Shown one piece after another: positions 17,453 to 25,900 of a stretch of DNA of 33,118 nt. Location: the sequence record DRR723986_20646; one strand, given 5' to 3'. The notes beneath the pieces were generated by a model, which was not told the DNA's origin, did not search any database, and saw only the letters and a list, made by a program, of their open reading frames with translations. The number at the start of each line of letters is the position of its first letter. Within the stretch, counting starts at the first letter, position 1. Position numbers and translations under genes: made by a program.

Positions 17453-18562
17453 TTATTCTATTCGTAAAGCTTTCATTTCTTTAAACACTTGTCCGTCTTC
17501 ACCTTCGGCGATTATAACAACTATGAACTTTCCTTTATTGATTGTTCCGCCAAAATCAGCTCCATTCCATTCGAAATCGGCATCATTTGAAGTAAACACT
17601 TCGTTTCCTCTTTCATCCTTTATAGAGATATAAAACTTCTCTATTCCTTCAGACTCAATAAAGAAATAATCATTTCTTCCGTCACCGTTTGGCGTAAATA
17701 TATTCGCAAAAGTCTCAATTTTAGATGTGCCCTCAACAACTACTTTTCTTTTCACCGTCTCTGCCTCTTCATCTCCGTTAACAGTCATTACTACCAAATA
17801 TTCTCCTGGTTTCTCGTAAGTATGTGTCACATTATCTCCAGAACCATAGGTTTCATCTCCAAACTCCCAACTTACATTCAAGTGATTCTTAGCATTAGAT
17901 TTAAAACTAAAGGTGTTCAATTTGTTTCGATCAGAAATCACTTTTAAGTTAGACGAAACTGGTTTCTTCTCAACTTCTACTTCAGGGTTATTAACCACTT
18001 CTTCTTTCTCCTTGTCAACAACATCCACATTCTTAGGGTCGTTGTTATTATCGTTGTTAATAACCGGGTCTATTTGAACAAGATTTCCACCGTTATCATT
18101 ATTTGAATTGTTGTTGTTTTCAGTAAACAATACTGACTCAACCAATTCTTCATCAATATCATCAGCATTATACTGACGGTCTTTTAGATCTTGGTCTAAC
18201 TCAGTAACCAGTTGTTGAATAACAGGGTCGCTGGTGTCTGTCGCTAAAATATTATCACCCATTGGTTGAGCGATATTTTTTTCAGTTTCAGCTGTGGTGT
18301 TTAATTGAGCAGTTTGTTCTTGTTCTGTTTTGGTATCCTCACTATTTGAAAAATACCAAACCGAAACTGCAGTAACTGCAATCACACTTGAAACAATAGC
18401 CACCTTAGCAATACCTGAAAGACCAGCTGCACTTGCACCAGTTCCGGCACCAGTAGCATTCATACCTTGTTGTATGTTAGCCCAAGCAGAAGGATCTACA
18501 TTGCCCTCAAAGTTCTCAAACTTTGATTTGAACAATTCTTCTATGTTAATATTATCTTTCAC
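17453..18562 (-). CDS. Putative anti-sigma factor: cytoplasmic N-terminus, TM, acidic linker, PKD domain and T9SS type B (gliding-motility-associated) C-terminal domain
   Basis: IEELFKSKF.NFE..V...AWANI N-terminus, one TM, WEFGD...HTY..PG.Y.V (PKD), NIFTPNGDGRNDYF...W.G; overlaps the sigma gene by 11 nt. Confidence 0.8.
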   Translation of the reverse strand: MKDNINIEELFKSKFENFEGNVDPSAWANIQQGMNATGAGTGASAAGLSGIAKVAIVSSVIAVTAVSVWYFSNSEDTKTEQEQTAQLNTTAETEKNIAQPMGDNILATDTSDPVIQQLVTELDQDLKDRQYNADDIDEELVESVLFTENNNNSNNDNGGNLVQIDPVINNDNNNDPKNVDVVDKEKEEVVNNPEVEVEKKPVSSNLKVISDRNKLNTFSFKSNAKNHLNVSWEFGDETYGSGDNVTHTYEKPGEYLVVMTVNGDEEAETVKRKVVVEGTSKIETFANIFTPNGDGRNDYFFIESEGIEKFYISIKDERGNEVFTSNDADFEWNGADFGGTINKGKFIVVIIAEGEDGQVFKEMKALRIE

Positions 18563-19100
18563 TTTCTTCTACAATATTCTTTTCTATCAATATTTTTCTC
18601 AGCATTTTTTTTGCTCGAGAAAACTGTGATTTGGAAGTACTTTCAGTAACTCCTAATCTATCTGCTATTTCTTTATGCGAATAACCCTCAATAGCAAAGA
18701 GATTAAACACAATCCTATAACCTTCAGGAATGGAATGAATGATTTCTAATAAATCCTGTGCGTTGATTGTTTCAATGGTATAGTCATTTGAATCTAACAG
18801 ATAACTTACTGAATCTACATCAACGTCCCCTTGATGTTTTTTTGCTTTTCTATAAGCATCAAGAGAAGTATTTACCATAATTCTTCTAACCCAGCCCTCT
18901 AGAGAACCTTTGTTCTCAAAATTCGGAAGCTTGTTGAATATTTTGATGAAACCATCTTGTAAAACATCCTGAGCTTCTTCGTAGCTATTGGCATAACGGA
19001 GGCAAACCCCCATCATTTTCTTAGCAAACATGTCATAGAACTTTTTCTGAGCAACTGTACTACCGGAGACACACTCTTTAACTAACTGTTCGTCCGTCAT
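18552..19100 (-). CDS. ECF-family RNA polymerase sigma-70 factor
   Basis: EAQDVLQDGFIKIF, W.RRI.VN, VFNLFAIEGYSHKEIA..LG...STSKSQ.SRAK. Start placed at MTDEQ (19100) because the track start at 19118 abuts the predicted -10. Confidence 0.95.
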   Translation of the reverse strand: MTDEQLVKECVSGSTVAQKKFYDMFAKKMMGVCLRYANSYEEAQDVLQDGFIKIFNKLPNFENKGSLEGWVRRIMVNTSLDAYRKAKKHQGDVDVDSVSYLLDSNDYTIETINAQDLLEIIHSIPEGYRIVFNLFAIEGYSHKEIADRLGVTESTSKSQFSRAKKMLRKILIEKNIVEESER

Positions 19101-19120
19101 ATTTACTCTTTCATTCATTA

Positions 19121-19147
19121 AGACTAAAGTAAGGATTTAAAAGTTGC
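19121..19147 (-). promoter_or_regulatory. Candidate autoregulatory ECF promoter GCAAC-N17-AGTCT
   Basis: Minus strand GCAAC TTTTAAATCCTTACTTT AGTCT directly upstream of the sigma gene. Confidence 0.55.
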
Positions 19148-19176
19148 ACGCTTGTTAAAGAAATTTATTTTTTAGC

Positions 19177-19184
19177 TATCTTTG
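19177..19184 (+). promoter_or_regulatory. -7 element (TATCTTTG) for the TlpA gene
   Basis: Exact TAnnTTTG; it contains the TTG the ORF track used as start. Confidence 0.7.
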
Positions 19185-19226
19185 ATCGCCCGCAAAACAC
19201 ATGAAAAAATAACTTCTATTGAATTA

Positions 19227-20471
19227 ATGAAACTCCGCTTCCTTTTATTTATAACCCTTTTGGCGGTTTCATTGATGTCTTTTTCAAAGGGAAAGAAAAT
19301 TAAACCCGGCCTGTGGTATGGTAGTTTTAATTTAGCCGAAAATGTAAACCTTCCGATTTTATTTGAAGTTAAAAAAGCTAAGCCTAGCTTTCAAATTAGT
19401 ATTATTAATGGACAAGAACGAATTCATTTGAAGGACATTCAGTTCTATGAAGATTCTTTAATAATCCCCTTCCCTGCATTTGCTTCAGAATTTAGAATTC
19501 AGGTTTTATCTAAAAATAATGTAAAAGGAAACTGGTATAATTATGCTAAGAAAGGCAACTACTTTTTACCCTTTGAAGCGAACAACATAATTAAATCAAG
19601 ATATCCATCAGATGAAAACAGTGTGGAAATTGCCGGTAAATGGGAAGTAACATTTGATTATGAATCGAACCAACCCGAAAAAGCAATCGGTGTTTTCAAA
19701 GACAGATCTTATCATTGCGGGTACGGAGGTAAATCTGACAATATTGTTATTGGAACATTTTTAACTGAAACTGGAGATTATAGATTTCTTGAAGGGGCAA
19801 CAATCAAAGACAGTCTTTATTTATCAACTTTTGATGGTTCACATGCTTTTTTGTTTTCAGCTCGTTTTAAAGAAGATACACTTTGGGGTGAATTCAGATC
19901 TGGTAAACATTATCAAACTACATGGTTTGCTGTTAGAAATGAAAATTTCGAAATAGGTAATCCTGACTCTTTAACTTATATGGTTTCTAAAGAGCAAATT
20001 CAATTTTCTTTACCTAATGTAGATGGTGGAACTTTTAATTATCCTGCAGATGCTCAAAAGGATAAAGTAACGCTCATTCAAATATTAGGAACATGGTGTC
20101 CGAATTGTTTAGATGAAAGTCAATATTTAAAAACATTAAAATCAACGCACGGAGATAATCTTGATATTATTGCTGTTGCTTTTGAAACTCAAAAAGAACT
20201 ACCTGAAAAAATTGAAAAAATTAATAGCTACAGAGCCAATTTAGGCTTAGACTATACTTTTCTAGTGGGTGGATCAGCATGTAAATCTTGTGCATCAGAT
20301 TTATTTCCAACACTCAACGAAATCATTTCCTTTCCGACATTACTATTTATTGACAAAAAAGGGGAGGTAAGAAAAATCCATACAGGATTTTCTGGACCTG
20401 GAACAGGTCAATATTACGAGACATTCGTTTCTAGCACTGATGCTTTTGTAAAAAGCCTTATAGAAGAATAG
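19227..20471 (+). CDS. TlpA/ResA-family thiol-disulfide oxidoreductase with N-terminal beta domains
   Basis: Signal peptide MKLRFLLF..., GTFLTETGDYRFL, GTWCPNC, FPTLLFIDK.G and HTGFSGPGTG. Start moved to the ATG at 19227. Confidence 0.9.
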   Translation: MKLRFLLFITLLAVSLMSFSKGKKIKPGLWYGSFNLAENVNLPILFEVKKAKPSFQISIINGQERIHLKDIQFYEDSLIIPFPAFASEFRIQVLSKNNVKGNWYNYAKKGNYFLPFEANNIIKSRYPSDENSVEIAGKWEVTFDYESNQPEKAIGVFKDRSYHCGYGGKSDNIVIGTFLTETGDYRFLEGATIKDSLYLSTFDGSHAFLFSARFKEDTLWGEFRSGKHYQTTWFAVRNENFEIGNPDSLTYMVSKEQIQFSLPNVDGGTFNYPADAQKDKVTLIQILGTWCPNCLDESQYLKTLKSTHGDNLDIIAVAFETQKELPEKIEKINSYRANLGLDYTFLVGGSACKSCASDLFPTLNEIISFPTLLFIDKKGEVRKIHTGFSGPGTGQYYETFVSSTDAFVKSLIEE

Positions 20472-20906
20472 TTAACAAGGAATTTTATCTACCCTTCTTT
20501 GGTGTCTTCCTCCTTCAAATTCTGTTTCAATAAAAGCACTAACCATTGCCAACCCTTTTTCAACTGAAATAAACCTAGCTGGAAGAGCTAAGATATTCGC
20601 GTTGTTATGTTGTCTTGCTAATTCAGCTAATTCAACATCCCAACATAAAGCAGAACGAACTCCTTTATGCTTGTTCACAGTCATGTTTATTCCATTTCCA
20701 CTTCCACAAATTACGATACCAAACGTATTTTCGTTTTGCTCTACAAAATCGGCAACAGGATGTCCATAATCAGGATAATCAATACTCTCAGTTGAATGAC
20801 AGCCAAAATCCTTCAAAGTAAACCCTTTAGATTCCAAGAGTTTAATAACCTCTAATTTTAACTCGTAACCTGCGTGATCGCAACCGATAGGGATAATTTT
20901 ATTCAT
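20472..20906 (-). CDS. rpiB: Ribose-5-phosphate isomerase B
   Basis: GCDHAG, DYPD, ICGSGNG, ARQHNNAN and FEGGRHQRR. Confidence 0.97.
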   Translation of the reverse strand: MNKIIPIGCDHAGYELKLEVIKLLESKGFTLKDFGCHSTESIDYPDYGHPVADFVEQNENTFGIVICGSGNGINMTVNKHKGVRSALCWDVELAELARQHNNANILALPARFISVEKGLAMVSAFIETEFEGGRHQRRVDKIPC

Positions 20907-21430
20907 GACTCGTTTTTAACAAAGTTAAGCTTAAGTTTTAAGGCAAAAAAAGGTGCTGTTTATAATTATTAACATCTTTTTTAGATAATTCCTATCTTTA
21001 GAGTGTACAAGGCTTTCGAGTAAAATAGTTTTTAACACTAAAATGAAATTAATGTTAACAAGAGGTGAAGTAAATTGTAATACTTTCTCTAAATAAACTT
21101 TGATACTAAAATTTTTATTTCAGGTATAATTAAAGTTGAATAAGAGGCTAAAAGTTAGCGAGAAATTACAGACGACTTGTTGACAGAAAAAGAGGGGTAA
21201 AATAGAAAAAGAAACAAACAACCTAAAATTTAATCATCTTTGTTGATAACATGAAAACAAGCTGATTTAAAGAACATTAATAGTGATTAAATGTTAACAA
21301 CAGTATTCAAAAGAAATGTATAAGTAATAAATCATAACAATTGTCCCAATCTTATCAACATATCAACAGCCCTAATAATAACAGTAATAAGTCTCTCTTT
21401 CTTAAAAAAATAATTTATTGTTTATTATTA
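20907..21430. other. Probable chromosomal replication origin (oriC)
   Basis: Longest intergenic gap in the window, AT-rich, with clustered TTATCAACA-like 9-mers in both orientations. It ends in TTATCAACA-TATCAACA-GCCC-TAATAATAACAGTAATAA and an AT-rich tract. Confidence 0.8.
20920..20927 (-). promoter_or_regulatory. -7 element (TAACTTTG) for rpiB
   Basis: Exact TAnnTTTG 13 nt before the ATG. Confidence 0.7.
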
Positions 21431-22924
21431 AGTAGTTTAAGTTTAGTTGGGTTTGGTCAAAATGAAATCAATCCGAATGGAAAGAATATTTTCTATTATC
21501 CAAGCGGAGAAAAAGCTAGTGAGGGATATTTCAAAGACGGAAAACCAATTGGGTTATGGAAAAATTATTTCGAGTCCGGAAAATTAAAATCTGAAGGTTT
21601 TAAAAAAGAAGGATTATCTGATAGCATTTGGAAATTTTATTCAGAATTGGGAATGCTTCAATGGACCTATTCGTATGAAAATGATTTAAAAAATGGTTGC
21701 GCCATAAAATATGATTCCTTAGGGAACAAGGTACAGGAGTCTTATTTCATAGATGGTGTTAAGCAAGGAGAGGAACTTCATTTTTTTGCTGATGGATCAA
21801 TAAAACGTCAATCAAATTTTATAGATGGAAAGGAGTCAGGAACTGCTCTTGAATTCAATGAAAGTGGTATTGTAGTGAGTGAAGAGGAGTATCTGAACGG
21901 ATATTTGAGAAATATTGAAAAATTCAATCAATTAGACGAGGATGGAAATAAAACTGGTAAATGGAGAGAGTACTATGATAACGGAAAGTTAAAAAGTGAA
22001 ATGTCTTACAAAGATGGTTTGTTAGACGGTACTTCGAAGCAGTTTGATAAGGATGGGAAACTGACTGACATTAACCAAATGGAAAATGGAAATGTAGCCT
22101 CAGATCCTGGAGGAGTTGTAATGATTGATCTTTATAAAGAATACCATAATAATGGAAAAGTAAAGTTGGTTGGTGGATACAAGAAAGGGTTAAAGTCGGG
22201 AATATTTAGAGAGTATGATAGAGAAGGCAATTTAATTAATGGATTTGTATATGTCAATGATACTTTGGTTTCTGAAGGAATGGTTGAGGCTGGTGGGATA
22301 TTTGTCGGAGAATGGGTTACATATTATCGCAATGGTCAACCAAAATCAAAAGGAAACTTTGTAGACGGTAAAAAAGACGGTGCTTGGGTGTTTTACTATG
22401 AAAACGGTAAAAAGGAACAGAGTGGACAGTTTAAAGAAAATGTTGTAACAGGTATGTGGACATGGTATTACGAAAATGGTCAGATAAAAAAAACAGAGTA
22501 TTTCAATCGAAAAGGATTATTGGAAGGTGAACAAATAGAATATGATTCGTTAGGTAATGAACTCTCTAGAGGTGAGTATTATAATGGAAATAGAGAAGGC
22601 GCTTGGTTTTATCATGTTGGCGACTTCAAAGAAGTTGGTTCATTTTTAAGTGGTCAAGAAGATGGTATTTGGAAGCATTACTATAAAAATGGAAAATTGG
22701 CTTTTGTCGGTGAATATAATGAAGGTGAGCCCAAAGGAAAGCACATTTATTATCATAAAAATGGAATAAAAAAACGCGTTGGAAAATATGCTGGTGGTTT
22801 AAAACACGGCATTTGGAGAGAATATGATAATAAAGCTGAGCTTATAGAAACCATTCAATATAAAAGAGGTGAAACTTTTAAAATAAATGGTTTTAAAATA
22901 AATGAAATTTATTCAGAAAATTAA
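21341..22924 (+). CDS. Exported MORN-variant repeat protein (YwqK-like repeats)
   Basis: Many G.W..YY.NG.L...G.Y..G repeats; signal peptide KKIIYCLLL...GFG/Q. Start codon uncertain (TTG at 21341). Confidence 0.88.
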   Translation: MSQSYQHINSPNNNSNKSLFLKKIIYCLLLSSLSLVGFGQNEINPNGKNIFYYPSGEKASEGYFKDGKPIGLWKNYFESGKLKSEGFKKEGLSDSIWKFYSELGMLQWTYSYENDLKNGCAIKYDSLGNKVQESYFIDGVKQGEELHFFADGSIKRQSNFIDGKESGTALEFNESGIVVSEEEYLNGYLRNIEKFNQLDEDGNKTGKWREYYDNGKLKSEMSYKDGLLDGTSKQFDKDGKLTDINQMENGNVASDPGGVVMIDLYKEYHNNGKVKLVGGYKKGLKSGIFREYDREGNLINGFVYVNDTLVSEGMVEAGGIFVGEWVTYYRNGQPKSKGNFVDGKKDGAWVFYYENGKKEQSGQFKENVVTGMWTWYYENGQIKKTEYFNRKGLLEGEQIEYDSLGNELSRGEYYNGNREGAWFYHVGDFKEVGSFLSGQEDGIWKHYYKNGKLAFVGEYNEGEPKGKHIYYHKNGIKKRVGKYAGGLKHGIWREYDNKAELIETIQYKRGETFKINGFKINEIYSEN

Positions 22925-25900
22925 TGCCCCAAACAGGACCAATCATTAAAAGAAAAAAACCACTCGAGTTGTTCGAAATTTATCGGATAGTTAGTCTTGT
23001 TTTGGTTCCAGTACTCGTTCTTTTTTTGGTGTTTGAAAAACAATTTGGTTTAACCTTTAGTTTTTATCAAAAAGCAGTATTAATTTACTGTGTTTTTACT
23101 TTGACTCTTCTTCAAATTATTTGTCTAAATAGTTTGTTTAGAAAACATTTTCATTACGCCCATTATTTATTTCAAGCAGGAGTTATTGTCTTGGTTTATA
23201 TTTGGTTTTTTGATAATCCAGGTTTGGTTGAAGCTTCCAGTCTATTATTGGCTTCATTGATTTTGTCGGTTACTTTAATCAATCCTTTAGCCTCTCTAGT
23301 TTTTGGAATAGGATCAGTATTGTCTTTTCTATTGATAGGTGCGGTTTTCAATGTTTTTTATTTGGAATTGACGCTTATTTTATTTTCCGGACATTTAATT
23401 GTAACGGTTGTAAATTATTGGAGATTCAGCATTTTTAATGATTTAAAAACTGCACGAAAATCTTTTAAAAGTATTTTTGATACCGCCAGTCAAAAGACCT
23501 TCGTTTTAGATGAAAACTTTCATGTTTTAGAATTAAACGAAGGTGCAGAAAAATACCTGTATAAGAATCAAATAGAAAGCTTTGAAAATACACCATTTGA
23601 ATCTTTAATGGGTTTTGAAACCGAAGCATGTGCAAACAACTTTTTCAACTCAATTGAAGAATGTGATAGTGTTGGTCAGTCTAAATTTATAGCCAATTGT
23701 ACTTTATTAACTGATGGTGCTGCAATTCCTAAAGAGTTTAATTTAAAGAAAACTAAATTTTTTAATCAAGATGTTTATGTAGTAACGGTTCGTGTTATCG
23801 CAGAACAGAAAAAATTTGAAAACGAACTTTTAACTCATAAAGAAAACGTCAGTCAAATATTGAATAATATTGAATCGTTTGTATTCAACATTTCTTTTGA
23901 TAAAACGGAACGATTCAAGCACAAAGTAAACTATGTTTCACAAAAAGTTTGGGATGTTTATGGTTATTCGGTAGATGAATATATTGCTTTAGTAAAGAGT
24001 GAGCGCATATCAAAAGACCGACACCCAGATGACATAGATAAAATTAATCAACGCTTTGAAAGTGTAGTAGCAAAAGGTGGTGGAGATGATCAGTGGCGAT
24101 TCAGAATGAAAGTGAGAGGTGAGTACAGGTGGATTGAAGAAAAAATCAATATTCAACTTGTTGAGGATAGTTCTTTTATTTCGGTTTTTGGAATTGTAAA
24201 AGACGTTACAGAAGAGGTCTTGGCCCAAAGAGCGTTACAAGAATCTGAGCAAAAATATAAACAGCTTTTTGAGTCAAATTTAGCAGGGGTTTATAAAACG
24301 CATTTTGATGGTAGAATTCTGGATTGCAACTTGGCCTTTGCCCAAATGTTGGGCTATGATACAGCAGATGAATTGATCGGTACTCAGGTAGAAGACCTTT
24401 ACATTAACAAAGAAGAGCGAAAAGCATACATTGAATTATTGAGACATAAAAAAGGCTTGAATAACTATATCTCTACTTTGAAAAGAAAAGATGGAAGAAG
24501 ATTAATTCTAAATAATAATGTTTCAATAATTAAAGAAAATTCTGATACGTTTAATGTGAGTGTTGGAACTGTGGTAGACGTCACTTCTTTGCATGAAACA
24601 AGTCTTGCTCTAAAGTACAGTGAAGAAAAATATCGAATGCTTTTTGAGGATTCTGGAAACGCCATTTTATTGATGATGATGAATGGTGAAGAGTCTATGA
24701 TTGTAGATATTAACACCAGAGGAACAGATCTTTTCGGATATCAGGAAAATGATATTATTGGTAAAACAATTGCTTCGCTTTCTTCAGAAAAAGATAAACT
24801 CAGTCAAGATTTAACTTCTGTTTTTAATGAGCTTGAGGATAAAGGAAGAGCAGAGAGAGAATGGGTATTTAAAAGAAATGATGACATAGAATTTCATGCT
24901 GAGGTCGCCTTTGTTTTTGTCAATTTGGATAATGAAAAACTGTTGCAATTAGCGATTAAAGACATTTCTGAAAGAAAGCAGTATGAGAAGGAAATTCTTG
25001 AAAGTAGACTGAGCTTTAAAAACATTGTAGATCAGGCACCAGCAAGCATATTTATCTTCACCAATGAGATGCTCACCTATTTAAACCCTCGAGGAGAGAA
25101 GCTTTACTTAGAGGTAATGAAAAGTAAAGGGAAAAAGATGTATAATATATTTCCTGAACACACACACTTTCTCATTAAAGACATGATTGTTGAAGCAAAC
25201 AACAACATTCCGTCATATACTGAAATTGCCCTTGCAGATGAAAAAAGATATAGCATCAATGTAGTAAAAACAGTGTATAATCAGAAACCTGCACATATCT
25301 TCATTCTAAACGATATTTCATTACAAAGTGAATACAACATACAAAAACTGAGAGCCGAGCTCGCAGAAGAGACGAATGCATCATTACAAGAAGAAATTGT
25401 TAAGCATAAACAAACGCAACAATCACTATTAGACTCTACCGCAAGATTAAGAGCATTATTCGAGAGTACTTCAAACCTTTATATTTTATCAATTGATAAA
25501 AATGCAACCATAGGCTCGTACAATTCAAAACTTAAAAAAGGATTAAAAGAGCTCTTGCATTATGATGTTAAAGAAGGAGATAATTTCATTGATATTTTTC
25601 CTCAAGAAGATTATGCGAAAAAAGTGTTATTGAATAGGTTTAACAGGGCCCTAAACGGTGAAACTTTAGAGATGGTCGCACACTTTCCTTCTAAAGCAGG
25701 CAGAGAAGTTTGGATGCAGTGTTTTATGAACCCAATTGAGGTAGAAGGTGAAGCTGTGCGGGAAATTTCTTTTATCGCGCATGACATTACTGAGCAGATT
25801 GAGAACAAACGAAAAATTGTTGAGAGTGAAGAGAACAACAGAGCGATTGTTTTAGCTGTACCGGATGTACTGTTTAGAGTGAACAAAAAAGGTATTATAA

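Noticed and set aside
18040-18125. Asn-rich GTT/ATT triplet runs as a tandem repeat locus
   Set aside because: Imperfect codon-level low complexity within a protein linker.
19182-19226. ORF-track start of TlpA at 19182 (likewise aspS at 32253)
   Set aside because: Each TTG is the end of a TAnnTTTG promoter element; downstream ATGs give a proper signal peptide or the conserved N-terminus.
21341-22924. Toxin-antitoxin system implied by YwqK-like repeats
   Set aside because: No toxin gene is adjacent; the protein has a signal peptide and is coupled to a two-component system.
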